From Deltaproteobacteria bacterium (lineage in GTDB: Bacteria > Desulfobacterota > GWC2-55-46 > JADFVP01): a DNA stretch of 64,000 nucleotides. Where the stretch lies: the NCBI GenBank assembly GCA_029262515.1, contig JAJCZH010000020.1:65457-129456 (forward strand), written 5' to 3'. The translations under genes and the position numbers were made by a program. The notes beneath the pieces are model-generated. The model worked only from the letters and a program-made list of their open reading frames with translations, was not told where the DNA came from and did not search any database. Of the stretch, positions 21,521-31,935 are shown piece by piece; the stretch's first letter is position 1; every line of letters starts with the position of its first letter.

Positions 21521-22747
21521 TTAAAAAAACTCCTTTACCCAGCCGCTCATCCTCGTGGTCAGCTTATTGAATATATTTGCCGAACTTCTACTAAACTGAT
21601 TGACACCCATGTGCTTGGCGCCGTAAAGCACCAGACCCACGCCGGTTGAAAACCTCGGCCCCTTTACCACATCTACTAGTCCGGACACGCCTTCGGGCAG
21701 GCCGCACCTGACCGGCACGTTGAATATCTGCTCGGCCAACTCGGCCGCGCCCTCAGTGGCAGCGGTCCCTCCTGTTATAACAACTCCCGAAGAGATCAAC
21801 ACGTCGTAACCGGACTTCATGATCTCACGCTTTACGAGATCGAAGATCTCCTCTATACGTGGTTCGACTATCTCGCAGAGAGTATAGCGCGAGACCTTGC
21901 GAATCTTTCCCCCGCCAACGCTCTGCACATCGAGTATCTCGTCCTTGGAGACAAGAGCCGTCATCGCGCAGCCGAACTCCTTCTTGACCTTCTCGGCCTC
22001 GCTCGTCGGCGTTCTAAGGCCGACCGAGATATCTCCGGTAACCTGATTTCCGCCAAGCGCAATTACGGTCGTATACTTGATTGTTCCGTTATGGTAGAGC
22101 GCGATATCGGTTGTACCTCCGCCGATATCGACCAGCACAACACCGATCTCCTTCTCGTCCTGATTCAGGACCGCCTCGGAACTGGCGATCTGTTGAAGCA
22201 CGATATCGGCCACGTCGAGCCCGGCCTTGTTTGCGCACTTTACAATATTCTGCACAGAGGTCACCGCTGCGGTAACGATATGAACCTTAACCTCCAGCCG
22301 TATGCCTATCATGCCAAGAGGTTCCTGGATTCCCTCCTGATCGTCTACTATATACTCCTGCGCTATAACGTGTATCACCTCACGGTCAGGCGGGATCACC
22401 ACGGCCTGGGCCGCCTCTATCACGCGCTCGACATCCTGCGGAGTAATCTCGCGGTTTTTAACGGCTATAACGCCGTGGGAGTTGAAGGCCTTGATATGGC
22501 CGCCAGCTATGCCGCAGTAGACCCTGTTTATCTCGCAACCGGCCATCCGTTCGGCCTCTTCGACCGCGCGACGGATAGAGTCCACCGTACTCTCGATATT
22601 GACTACCACGCCCTTTCTCAACCCCTTGGACGGGTGCATCCCGATACCTATTATCTCAACCCCGTCGTCGGTCTTCTCGCCAACGATGGTGCAGATCTTT
22701 GTGGTGCCTATATCGAGCCCTACTACAATATTCTCTCTCTTAGCCAT
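21521..22747 (-). CDS. ftsA: cell division protein FtsA
   Basis: Actin-like ATPase reading MAKRENIVVGLDIGTTKI. The start is set at the internal ATG at 22747, adjacent to the ftsQ stop; the track ORF extends to 22834. Confidence 0.9.
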   Translation of the reverse strand: MAKRENIVVGLDIGTTKICTIVGEKTDDGVEIIGIGMHPSKGLRKGVVVNIESTVDSIRRAVEEAERMAGCEINRVYCGIAGGHIKAFNSHGVIAVKNREITPQDVERVIEAAQAVVIPPDREVIHVIAQEYIVDDQEGIQEPLGMIGIRLEVKVHIVTAAVTSVQNIVKCANKAGLDVADIVLQQIASSEAVLNQDEKEIGVVLVDIGGGTTDIALYHNGTIKYTTVIALGGNQVTGDISVGLRTPTSEAEKVKKEFGCAMTALVSKDEILDVQSVGGGKIRKVSRYTLCEIVEPRIEEIFDLVKREIMKSGYDVLISSGVVITGGTAATEGAAELAEQIFNVPVRCGLPEGVSGLVDVVKGPRFSTGVGLVLYGAKHMGVNQFSRSSANIFNKLTTRMSGWVKEFF

Positions 22748-22748
22748 C

Positions 22749-23606
22749 TTATGTAGCCCCGCTATCTTTAACCATATTACCGGTATACTTGATAACCACT
22801 TCACTCTCCCTTGTGAGGTCAATAGCAGAAACACCCGAGAGCGTACCGCCCCTCGCCTCGACTATTCTTTCGAACAAGCCGAGCTTCTCTTCAAACCTAT
22901 CGCTGCCTAGCTCCAATTTTACTCCCGAATCCGTCGTATAGAGCGTGTACCCGTACTCAGTATCGACATGAATCTCACTCACGTCCACGGCATTAAAACC
23001 GTTCCTGCCAACAAGCTGATCGAGCAGGTCCATAAGCACAACGTCTTCTACGGTCGTGCCCGGCTCAACGGTATCTGGGCAGCAACCCGTGACTACCGGC
23101 AAGTCGAGTCCGTCTAAGACCGAATGCCTCTTGAAGAGGGTGCCATTCGAGTCCATCAAATATAAGCCTTCGGCACTCACTATGGCCGCCGGTACGCGCT
23201 CGGTAACCTCTATTCTTACCGTAGACGGAATCGATCTTGAAACTCTCGCGCTCTCTATCCACGGATTACCCTTTATGTCCTCTTCAACCTCTGAGAGCCT
23301 GAAGGAGAATATATTCTCCCCTGACTCTATTCCCGCAAGCTCTACAACGGTATCAACACCGGACCTGAAAGCCCCATCCACGGTTATCTTCTCCACGGCA
23401 AGGTACTCAGTCGTAGTAACGACACCGTACAGACACCACGCCCCGTAACCGGTTGCGGGCAATACCGTTACTATAAAAGCTACCCAGAACAACCGCGCAA
23501 GAGCTCTTTTCGCTCTCGTGCCAAAGGGCTCTCTTTTACGCCTGTTCTTGCCCTTGTTAACTTTTTTTCGCCCCTGGCGCACATCTGAATTTCTTGACAC
23601 CTTCAC
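22749..23606 (-). CDS. ftsQ: cell division protein FtsQ
   Basis: 285 aa with a basic N-terminus, a single TM and POTRA plus FtsQ beta domains. Confidence 0.85.
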   Translation of the reverse strand: MKVSRNSDVRQGRKKVNKGKNRRKREPFGTRAKRALARLFWVAFIVTVLPATGYGAWCLYGVVTTTEYLAVEKITVDGAFRSGVDTVVELAGIESGENIFSFRLSEVEEDIKGNPWIESARVSRSIPSTVRIEVTERVPAAIVSAEGLYLMDSNGTLFKRHSVLDGLDLPVVTGCCPDTVEPGTTVEDVVLMDLLDQLVGRNGFNAVDVSEIHVDTEYGYTLYTTDSGVKLELGSDRFEEKLGLFERIVEARGGTLSGVSAIDLTRESEVVIKYTGNMVKDSGAT

Positions 23607-23609
23607 ACC

Positions 23610-24563
23610 TCAATACTTGTCTACAGAGGCCCCTAAGAGCATCATCTCCACAAGCTTTTCATACCCTATTCCAGCACTAGCCGCAGCCATCGGCAGCAGG
23701 CTAAGCTCCGTAAGTCCCGGCACCGTATTTATCTCAAGCACATAAGGAGACTGTTCTGAGTCGAGCATAATATCTACCCTTGCCACCCCGGAGCAACCGA
23801 CCGTCTCGTATGTACGTAATGCGTACTCCTCTACCCGCTTGCCGACTCTTTTACTGAGCGGGGCCGGTACCAGAAACTCGGTAAGCCCCTTCGTATACTT
23901 TGCTTCGTAATCGTAAAGACCGGACTTCGGTCTGATCTCAACCGCCGGCAGCACGGTTCCGTCGATTATGCCGACTGTCACCTCCCTGCCCACTATGCAC
24001 TCTTCTATCAGTACGCCTGTTGCGGTGTGCTCGGAAGCGCTCTTAACCGCACTGGCCAGCTCACTTCTCTTTCTGACGATCGTCACGCCTATGGCAGAGC
24101 CCTGAGAGGCAGGCTTTACCACATACGGCAATTTTACTCCCTTAACGGCACTACCCGGCTTATAGGTACAGTACTCGGGGGTGGGAACCCCGCAGCTCTC
24201 AAGCAACCTCTTGCTAAAGAGCTTATCCATGGCCACGGCAGAAGCCCTTACCCCGCTTCCGGTATACGGCACCCTCATTACCTCCAGGAGTCCCTGGATA
24301 GCGCCGTCCTCGCCGAAACGACCATGCAGAGCTATGAAAGCGACCTCTATCTTTTTTCTTCTTATAACCGTTGCAACGTCCGGGCCCGCGTCTATGGCAA
24401 CCGCGCTGTAACCGAGACTCTTTAAAGCCGATAGTACTGCAGCGCCCGTCTTGAGTGAAATCTCCCTCTCTTCGGAGACCCCGCCCATCAAAACCCCTAT
24501 CTTTTTCGCCTTAAAGACCGCACTCGTTTTCCTTGCTGCGCCCTCTCTTACCATATAGACCAA
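23610..24563 (-). CDS. ddl: D-alanine--D-alanine ligase
   Basis: 317 aa with an ATP-grasp fold, GGxSxExEVS and the C-terminal EINTxPG motif. Confidence 0.93.
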   Translation of the reverse strand: MVYMVREGAARKTSAVFKAKKIGVLMGGVSEEREISLKTGAAVLSALKSLGYSAVAIDAGPDVATVIRRKKIEVAFIALHGRFGEDGAIQGLLEVMRVPYTGSGVRASAVAMDKLFSKRLLESCGVPTPEYCTYKPGSAVKGVKLPYVVKPASQGSAIGVTIVRKRSELASAVKSASEHTATGVLIEECIVGREVTVGIIDGTVLPAVEIRPKSGLYDYEAKYTKGLTEFLVPAPLSKRVGKRVEEYALRTYETVGCSGVARVDIMLDSEQSPYVLEINTVPGLTELSLLPMAAASAGIGYEKLVEMMLLGASVDKY

Positions 24564-24605
24564 CCTATCCTGCTCCCCGGTTCTCTTGCTCGTTCCAGGT
24601 GTCTC

Positions 24606-25514
24606 TCAGACCTCTCCGACCACCTTTATCTCCGGTTCGAGCAACACGCCTTTGTGCTTATAGACCTTGTCCCTGATTGTCGCCATTAACGAGAGAACGT
24701 CATGCGCCGTGGCCGTGCCTCTGTTGATTATATAGTTGGCATGAACGTCAGATACTTCGGCGTCTCCGCACCGCTCGCCCTTGAGGCCGGCCTCGTCTAT
24801 CAGTCGTCCGGCAATTCTCTCTTCCGGGTTTTTGAAGATCGAACCGGCATTCGGAAAAGCTACCAGGCTTGTTGCCTTCCGCCTGCGCCTGTAACTATCC
24901 ACCATCTCCGTAATCTTTTGAGGATCGGACTTTGTAAAGGCCATATGTACGCGCACGGCAACCGTGCCCTTCGGCATGTCGGTTTTTCTATATTCGAAAC
25001 CCATCTCGGCCGCCGACAAAAAGCCCTTCTTTCCCTTGCGCCCCACGAACTCCACGCCCTCAACCACGCTCTTCATCTCAAACCCGTAGGCTCCCGCATT
25101 CATTATAACCGCCCCGCCTACGGTTCCAGGTATGCCCGCGACGAACTCCACACCGCTAAGGCCACGGTCAAGACACTCTTTGAGCAGGTCCCCGAGCCTG
25201 ACGCCCACTCCGACTACAGCCCTCATATCGTCAACCCAGGTGATCTCACCGAAACCGTCGGCCATATTTACCACGATACCCCTGATGCCGCCGTCCCGAA
25301 CCAGCACATTACTTCCGCCGCCAAGCACATAGTACTTAAACCTCTTGCTCTCGGCAAAGTTAAGCAACTCTTTCAAGTCGTTATTATCCTGCGGGAATGC
25401 CATCACGTCGGCAGGCCCACCGATCTTGAATGAGGTGTAGTCGCTCATCGGAACATTAAAAAGCACCTTGCCCTTGAATCTCTGAATAAAAAAGAGCGAG
25501 TACTGTACACCCAT
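24606..25514 (-). CDS. murB: UDP-N-acetylenolpyruvoylglucosamine reductase
   Basis: 302 aa with the FAD-binding motif GGGSN and a MurB C-terminal domain. Confidence 0.92.
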   Translation of the reverse strand: MGVQYSLFFIQRFKGKVLFNVPMSDYTSFKIGGPADVMAFPQDNNDLKELLNFAESKRFKYYVLGGGSNVLVRDGGIRGIVVNMADGFGEITWVDDMRAVVGVGVRLGDLLKECLDRGLSGVEFVAGIPGTVGGAVIMNAGAYGFEMKSVVEGVEFVGRKGKKGFLSAAEMGFEYRKTDMPKGTVAVRVHMAFTKSDPQKITEMVDSYRRRRKATSLVAFPNAGSIFKNPEERIAGRLIDEAGLKGERCGDAEVSDVHANYIINRGTATAHDVLSLMATIRDKVYKHKGVLLEPEIKVVGEV

Positions 25515-25577
25515 CTCAGGGCCTCCGTTCTAAAAAGGATGAACCAGCAAAAGTGTTAATATCAAAACCTTTCAAAA

Positions 25578-26990
25578 TCATTTTATCTGCAAAACCTCTC
25601 TGCCCTTCAAAATCTCAACAAGCTCCCTGCCGACCTTCCAGACGTCCCCGGCACCGAGCGTTAAAACCATATCTCCTGCCAGAGCGATGGAGTCTATATA
25701 CGCGGCCACATCGGATAATTTAGCGATGTGATGCACGTCCTTATGGCCGTGCTCTTTAATAGACCTGTATAACGCTTCAGCGCTTACGCCCTCTATAGGC
25801 GCCTCGCCAGCCGCATAGATATCGGTTATGACAAGACGCGCCGCGTCGTTAAAGACCGGTATAAAGTCGTCAAAAAGATCGCGGGTCCGTGAGAACCTGT
25901 GGGGCTGGAATATCGCCGTTACCGGCTTTGACCAGCCGGCACAGGCCGCCGAGAGCACGGCTTTTATCTCTTCTGGATGATGACCGTAGTCGTCCACCAC
26001 CGTAATACCGGCCTCATTACCCACCACCTGAAACCGTCGCTCGACTCCGCTGAACTCTTCGAGCCCGGTGCGAATATATTCGTAATCGATCCCTATTTCT
26101 TTTGCTACGGCAACTGTCGCCAGCGCGTTATAGACGTTATGCTCACCCGGCATATTTAGCTTTACGGGACCCATCTTCGAGTTACCGTACCAGAGCGTAA
26201 AGCTTGACTCCATCTTGTCGAACCTGAGGTCGCTTGCATGGACATCGCTCTGGGCGCTAAGGCCATATGTAACCAGGCGCCTGGTGATCGCAGGTATAAG
26301 CGACTGAAGCTCCGGATGGTCTAGACAGATCACCGCACAGCCGTAAAACGGAACCTTGTTCATAAAGTCCGTAAAGGACTGTTTAACCTCATCCATTCCG
26401 GAGTAATGGTCCATATGCTCACGGTCTATGTTCGTTACCACAGCTATGGTCGGCGCAAGTTTTAAAAAACTTCCATCAGACTCGTCCGCCTCTGCCACCA
26501 GAACGTCGCTGCTACCGAGCCTGGCATTGGCTCCGAAGCTGTTGAGCCTTCCACCCGTGACCACTGTGGGATCTATATCCGCAGCAGCGAGCACCGAGGC
26601 GACCATCGACGTGGTTGTTGTCTTGCCGTGAGTGCCTGCAATGGCGATACCATACTTTATTCTCATCAGCTCGGCGAGCATCTCGGCCCTCGGAATTATC
26701 GGTATCTGCTTCGACGTCGCAGCCCGTATTTCCGGGTTATCCTTCTTTACTGCAGATGAGTAGACCACACACTGCGCACCCCTTATATTGCTGCCGTCGT
26801 GACCGAGCGCGATTACGGCACCGAGCTTCTTGAGCCTGTCGGTAGTATCTGACTCAACGAGATCCGAACCCGTGACTTCATACCCCATGTTAAGCAGCAC
26901 CTCGGCTATACCGTTCATACCAGAGCCGCCTATGCCTATAAAATGGATCCTCCTGATTCGCCCTCTGTACATACAAGTTCCTCTCTTCAA
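25578..26990 (-). CDS. murC: UDP-N-acetylmuramate--L-alanine ligase
   Basis: 470 aa with IHFIGIGGSGM and the Mur ligase P-loop GTHGKTTT. Confidence 0.93.
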   Translation of the reverse strand: MKRGTCMYRGRIRRIHFIGIGGSGMNGIAEVLLNMGYEVTGSDLVESDTTDRLKKLGAVIALGHDGSNIRGAQCVVYSSAVKKDNPEIRAATSKQIPIIPRAEMLAELMRIKYGIAIAGTHGKTTTTSMVASVLAAADIDPTVVTGGRLNSFGANARLGSSDVLVAEADESDGSFLKLAPTIAVVTNIDREHMDHYSGMDEVKQSFTDFMNKVPFYGCAVICLDHPELQSLIPAITRRLVTYGLSAQSDVHASDLRFDKMESSFTLWYGNSKMGPVKLNMPGEHNVYNALATVAVAKEIGIDYEYIRTGLEEFSGVERRFQVVGNEAGITVVDDYGHHPEEIKAVLSAACAGWSKPVTAIFQPHRFSRTRDLFDDFIPVFNDAARLVITDIYAAGEAPIEGVSAEALYRSIKEHGHKDVHHIAKLSDVAAYIDSIALAGDMVLTLGAGDVWKVGRELVEILKGREVLQIK

Positions 26991-27002
26991 CTCAATAGCC
27001 GC

Positions 27003-28109
27003 TCAACCGAGCAGCGATACAAAATCGTCAGCAATTCTTTCTGCCGCCTCGGGGCGGCCAAGCCCCGCAGCTTTCTCTCTAACCGAAGCGAGCCGCTCCG
27101 GATCCGAGCAGAAGGAGCGCACCGCATCGGCCAGCACTCTGCCCGTCAACCTGTCCTGACGTATCATTACCGCGGCACCGGCCTCCTCTACGCACCGGCC
27201 GTTCACCTCCTGATGGTTGTCCGATGCATAAGGATACGGCACCAGTATCGAAGCGAGCCCAAAGGCAGTAATCTCCGCTATGGATGTCGCCCCGGCCCTG
27301 CAAATAACAAGGTCCGCAGCACCGTACGCATCAGCCATGTTCTCTATAAACCTGTGAACCTCAACCTTGAGCTTCTTTCGGCGATACGCCTCCGCCACCT
27401 GTTCGTAACCCTGCTCTCCGGTCTGGTGTATCACCCTGAAACCGTCCCACAAATCCGTTAGGTACTCCGCAGCATCGACAAAAGCGGTATTGATGGCGGT
27501 TGCGCCTTGGGAACCGCCAAAGACCAGTATCGTAAAACGGTGGTCTTTTTTCTTTTCAACTCTCTTTGCATCTCGCTTTGTATGAAGCTCAAGCTGCTTC
27601 AAAATGTCACGCCTTATCGGGTTACCCGTTAATACCGTCCGCATAGGCGGAAAGTACTGCCGCGCCTGCTCGAACGCTATATAGATTCTCGTTACCAGCT
27701 TACCCGACACCTTGTTCGTGAGACCCGGAAGAGCGTTCTGCTCAAGTATTGCAGTCTTTATACCGAGAAGGCGTGCGGCAAAAACAACAGGAGCCGACGA
27801 GTACGAACCCGATCCGATTACCCCGTCCGGCCTTTCGCGCCTCAAGATACCTACCGCCTTGATCGTCGCCATAAACGCCTTATAGAGCGCCGCAAGCCTC
27901 TTGAGACCGCGTGTTCTCTTTACGCCCGATACGCTCAGCAGCGTCAGTTGGTAACCGTACTTCGGCACAACCTTCTCTTCAAGCCCTCCCCTGCCTCCGA
28001 CAAAGAGTATCTCAACATCCGGCTCTCTCAGCTTGAACTCCTCGGCAAGGGCAAGCGCCGGAAAAAGGTGGCCGCCGGTCCCGCCACCAGCCATAACAAG
28101 CTTCATCAC
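27003..28109 (-). CDS. murG: UDP-GlcNAc:undecaprenyl-PP-MurNAc-pentapeptide GlcNAc transferase
   Basis: 368 aa, GT28 family, with the GGTGGH N-terminal motif. Confidence 0.93.
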   Translation of the reverse strand: MMKLVMAGGGTGGHLFPALALAEEFKLREPDVEILFVGGRGGLEEKVVPKYGYQLTLLSVSGVKRTRGLKRLAALYKAFMATIKAVGILRRERPDGVIGSGSYSSAPVVFAARLLGIKTAILEQNALPGLTNKVSGKLVTRIYIAFEQARQYFPPMRTVLTGNPIRRDILKQLELHTKRDAKRVEKKKDHRFTILVFGGSQGATAINTAFVDAAEYLTDLWDGFRVIHQTGEQGYEQVAEAYRRKKLKVEVHRFIENMADAYGAADLVICRAGATSIAEITAFGLASILVPYPYASDNHQEVNGRCVEEAGAAVMIRQDRLTGRVLADAVRSFCSDPERLASVREKAAGLGRPEAAERIADDFVSLLG

Positions 28110-29251
28110 GAATCGTTCTCCATTATATAGATATTCAAGAGAACCCCTATTGCCACCATATTTATCAGGAGCGACGTGCCGCCGTAACTTATAAACGGCA
28201 ACGGCATACCCTTTGGAGGCAACAGCCCCAGCACTACTGCCATGTTTATCGCTGCCTGCAAGACCACCATAAAGGTTATACCGAGTGCGAGATAGGTGCC
28301 GTGAAGGTCCTTCGCCTTCATCGCTATATTCACTCCGCAGTACAGAATCGTCAGGTAGAGCGCTGCCACTACGCTAACGCCGAGAAAGCCGAGTTCCTCC
28401 CCTATGACCGAAAGAATGAAATCAGTATGGGCTTCGGGCAGGTAGAAGAGCTTCTGCTTGCCTCCGCCTAGTCCCAGGCCCGCTATGCCGCCGGAGCCGA
28501 AGGCGACAAAAGATTGGACCATCTGAAAACCGTCACCAAGCGGGTCGGCCCACGGATTCATAAACGTAACTACCCGCCGCACCATATAATCGAAGTTCCT
28601 TACCACGCTGAGCAGCACAGGCAATGCTAGCAGACAAACTCCGAGAAGGTACCTTAACCGCACACCTGCGGCAAAGATCATCATCAAGACAAGCAGCGTC
28701 ATAAAGACGCCTGTGCCGAAGTCCGGCTCGGATATAACAAGCGCGATTACAACTCCGGGGATCAGGACATTCGGCAGAAAACCTATGGAAAAACTCTTGA
28801 TCTTCTCAGCCTTGGCTGACAGAGAATAAGCCAGAAAAAAAACAACTGCGAGTTTCGCGAACTCTGATGGCTGAAAAGTAAAGGGACCCACCCTCAACCA
28901 CCTGACGGCGGCTCCGGCTTTTACGCCAAAACCCGGAACGAGCAACAGCACAAGAAACGCGGTGGCGAGAATAAGAATAGGGTAAGCGAGATAACGGTAG
29001 ATGGTGTACGGCACCTTTGAGGCAATAACAAAGAGCACGAGACCGCCGCATGCAAAGACTAGATGCTTCTTAACGAAAAAGTACTCATCACCGAACTTGT
29101 TCATCGCCATTATGGAACTCGACGAATAGACCATCACTATACCCACTACGAGCAGCACAAGGGTGGAGACTATGAGGAACTTATCCATCTCCTTAAAGCG
29201 TACCATCTGCGACCCCCTTACCGAACTGCCAGCCTTCGCCCATACTCTCAC
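28106..29251 (-). CDS. ftsW: peptidoglycan glycosyltransferase FtsW (SEDS family)
   Basis: 381 aa with 10 TM helices, in a SEDS-family gene between murD and murG. Confidence 0.9.
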   Translation of the reverse strand: MRVWAKAGSSVRGSQMVRFKEMDKFLIVSTLVLLVVGIVMVYSSSSIMAMNKFGDEYFFVKKHLVFACGGLVLFVIASKVPYTIYRYLAYPILILATAFLVLLLVPGFGVKAGAAVRWLRVGPFTFQPSEFAKLAVVFFLAYSLSAKAEKIKSFSIGFLPNVLIPGVVIALVISEPDFGTGVFMTLLVLMMIFAAGVRLRYLLGVCLLALPVLLSVVRNFDYMVRRVVTFMNPWADPLGDGFQMVQSFVAFGSGGIAGLGLGGGKQKLFYLPEAHTDFILSVIGEELGFLGVSVVAALYLTILYCGVNIAMKAKDLHGTYLALGITFMVVLQAAINMAVVLGLLPPKGMPLPFISYGGTSLLINMVAIGVLLNIYIMENDS

Positions 29252-30783
29252 CCCTCATCGGAGAGCGACGCCACCCGCTCTTCTTTACTCCCTTTGCTTA
29301 CCGAACTGAGCGCCATAACGCTCGAACGGTAAGACTCACCCCGATCGGCGTAACTTGAAAACATATCGAAGCTTGCGCCCGCAGGGCAGAGCAACACCTT
29401 CATGCCGGCCTCTGCGCTACTTTGCGCAATCCTGACGGCCTCCTCCATTGTCGATGCCTCGACAACATCGGTAACACTGCCAAGAGCCTCTTTCATCTTC
29501 TCCCTTGACTCTCCTATCAGGATCATCCGGGTGACTTTCTCCTTCACGTAAGGGAGCAACACCGAGTAATCCCCGCCTTTATCAACTCCTCCGGCAACTA
29601 GAACCACCTCTGAGTCGATTCCCTTGAGAGCCATCTTCAGGGCACCGACGTTCGTACCTTTTGAGTCGTCTATATAGGTGACCTCGTCGAGGGTGCGCAC
29701 AAATTCCATCCTGTGCCTAAGGCCCCTGAACCCGGCGAGCACGCCCTCTATTGTCTCCTTATCTATACCGCAAGTCCTTGCAACGGCAATTGCGGCCATC
29801 ATGTTTTCTATATTGTGCAGCCCCTTGAGCGAACACTCTTCGGTTGAGTAAACCTCACCATCGAGCAGTCCGCTACCGGCAAAGACGATTGAGGACATCC
29901 TTAAGTAGAGCCCGTCGCCGAACATACCCGTAGTCGTAAACGGCACAACCTGAGGTCCGTTAGAAGACCGGCCCTCGAATACAGTTCCACGCGTCGAAAG
30001 TATAGAGGCGACACAACCGTCTCCGGCGTTGACCACAGCCACGCAACCGGAGTCCTGAGAATCGAAGAGCGCGAGTTTTGTCGCCGCATAATCGTCAAAA
30101 TCCTTATACCGCTCAAGGTGGTCTTCGGTAATATTGAGCAGCACCGCCATCTGCGGCTTGAAAGTGCTTACATGTTCGAGCTGAAATGAACTCACCTCCA
30201 GCACGCAGAACTCCGGCGCAATATCGGAATTAAAATACTCAAGTACCGGCGTGCCTATGTTGCCCCCCGTAAAGACACTCCTTCCGGCGGCCTCGAGAAT
30301 AGAGCTGATCAGCGTTACAACCGTGCTCTTGCCATTCGTTCCGGTCACCGCTATTATCGGAGCCTTTATGTACCGAGAGGCGAGTTCTATGTCGCTTACC
30401 ACCTCCACGCCCTTCGCCTCTGCCGCCACGAGCAACTGAGCAGTACGCGCTATACCGGGGCTTGCCACCAACATATCAACGCCATCGAGAAGAGTCTCGT
30501 TATCGCTCTCGGGTACGAACTCTGCGCCGAGCCCTATAAGCTCTTCAGAGGCCGCTATCTCCGAGGCGGACTTAGAGTCCGTAATGACAACCGTAGCACG
30601 GCATTTCAGCAAAAACCGCGCCGTTGCCGTACCCGATGTCCCGAGTCCAGCTACTACTATTTTTTTTACCGAAAGCTCTTCGGCAGCCCTATCGAGCATA
30701 CCCGCCTCCCAGTCAGTCAGCACTGCAGTACCAACTCGCGGCACGCCAACTCCATACCCGTTATCTTCCGTAAAGGTTCTCAT
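29248..30783 (-). CDS. murD: UDP-N-acetylmuramoylalanine--D-glutamate ligase
   Basis: Mur ligase with GTNGKST. The start is set at the ATG at 30783, which forms an ATGA overlap with the mraY stop. The track ORF is 28 aa longer and would overlap mraY. Confidence 0.88.
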   Translation of the reverse strand: MRTFTEDNGYGVGVPRVGTAVLTDWEAGMLDRAAEELSVKKIVVAGLGTSGTATARFLLKCRATVVITDSKSASEIAASEELIGLGAEFVPESDNETLLDGVDMLVASPGIARTAQLLVAAEAKGVEVVSDIELASRYIKAPIIAVTGTNGKSTVVTLISSILEAAGRSVFTGGNIGTPVLEYFNSDIAPEFCVLEVSSFQLEHVSTFKPQMAVLLNITEDHLERYKDFDDYAATKLALFDSQDSGCVAVVNAGDGCVASILSTRGTVFEGRSSNGPQVVPFTTTGMFGDGLYLRMSSIVFAGSGLLDGEVYSTEECSLKGLHNIENMMAAIAVARTCGIDKETIEGVLAGFRGLRHRMEFVRTLDEVTYIDDSKGTNVGALKMALKGIDSEVVLVAGGVDKGGDYSVLLPYVKEKVTRMILIGESREKMKEALGSVTDVVEASTMEEAVRIAQSSAEAGMKVLLCPAGASFDMFSSYADRGESYRSSVMALSSVSKGSKEERVASLSDEG

Positions 30784-31850
30784 CTTATCTTTAACGTACT
30801 TATAGCCAATAGCGCCAACATTATGGAAATTATCCAGAACCTGACAATTATCTTGGGCTCGGCCCACCCCTTCAATTCGTAGTGGTGGTGAATGGGGGCC
30901 ATAGCAAAGACCCGTTTACCCGTAAGCTTGTAAGAGGCGACCTGCGTTATAACCGAAAGCGCCTCAACTACGAAGATACCGCCGACTATCAGGAGCACAA
31001 ACTCCTGCTTCGTCATAACCGCCAGCATGCCGAGCGCCCCTCCTAGCGGCAGTGAACCGACATCTCCCATAAAGACCTGGGCCGGGTAGGTATTGAACCA
31101 CAAAAAACCAAGGCTCGCTCCAGTCATAGAGGCCGCAAAGACCGCAAGCTCTCCGGCCATAGGAACATGTATCACCTGAAGGTAACCGGCAATCTTTAAG
31201 TGCCCGACGACATAGGCGAGCAACATAAAGGTTCCAGCAGAGATTATCATCGGGCCTATGGCGAGCCCGTCAAGCCCGTCAGTCAGGTTAACCGCATTTG
31301 AAGTACCAACTATAACGAGTACTGAAAAAGGTACATAGAGCCAACCAAGATCAAAGGCCACACCCTTGAAGAACGGCAGGCTGACCCCGGTGTCGAAGTC
31401 CGTATAGTAGAGCGCTAAAGAGGCGGCAAGCGCCACCGCAAGCTGTCCGGTAATCTTGGTAACTGCCCTGAGGCCCCCTTTTCTGCTGATAACCTTGGAG
31501 TAATCGTCGAGAAAACCGATTGCGCACATGCCGACCGTAACGAACGAGAGTATCCAGATATAGACGTTGTTCAGATTCCCCCACAGAAGAAGCGACAACA
31601 TCACTACCATTATTATCAACGCCCCGCCCATGGTAGGCGTACCGCTCTTGACCGCGTGTCCCGGCGGTCCGTCCCCGCGCACCACTTCACCTACACGCAT
31701 ATGCTTTAGCTTCTTTATGATATACGGTCCGAAGATAAAACTGAGCACGAGGGCAGTAACCATAGCGTAGATAGTCCTGAACGTAATATACTGAAATACG
31801 TTGAAGATCGTATGGTACTTGGCAAGCGGATATAAGAAGTAATAGAGCAT
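30780..31850 (-). CDS. mraY: phospho-N-acetylmuramoyl-pentapeptide transferase
   Basis: 356 aa with 10 TM helices and MraY motifs (GLxDD, NxxNxxDGxDGL, VFMGDxGS). Confidence 0.94.
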   Translation of the reverse strand: MLYYFLYPLAKYHTIFNVFQYITFRTIYAMVTALVLSFIFGPYIIKKLKHMRVGEVVRGDGPPGHAVKSGTPTMGGALIIMVVMLSLLLWGNLNNVYIWILSFVTVGMCAIGFLDDYSKVISRKGGLRAVTKITGQLAVALAASLALYYTDFDTGVSLPFFKGVAFDLGWLYVPFSVLVIVGTSNAVNLTDGLDGLAIGPMIISAGTFMLLAYVVGHLKIAGYLQVIHVPMAGELAVFAASMTGASLGFLWFNTYPAQVFMGDVGSLPLGGALGMLAVMTKQEFVLLIVGGIFVVEALSVITQVASYKLTGKRVFAMAPIHHHYELKGWAEPKIIVRFWIISIMLALLAISTLKIR

Positions 31851-31935
31851 CTATGCTTTAACCTGCCTTACCTGCCGCTCTGTTCGGCGACCCTTATTAC
31901 AGTATCTACGATAGAGGATCACAAGTGACCCTCTA

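Noticed and set aside
22748-22834. Longer FtsA start (MFLLLTSQ...)
   Set aside because: The conserved FtsA N-terminus begins at MAKRENIVVGLDIGT. The extension would overlap ftsQ.
30784-30867. 28-aa N-terminal extension of MurD in the ORF track
   Set aside because: It would overlap mraY by 88 nt. An ATG at 30783 gives the canonical ATGA stop/start overlap with mraY.
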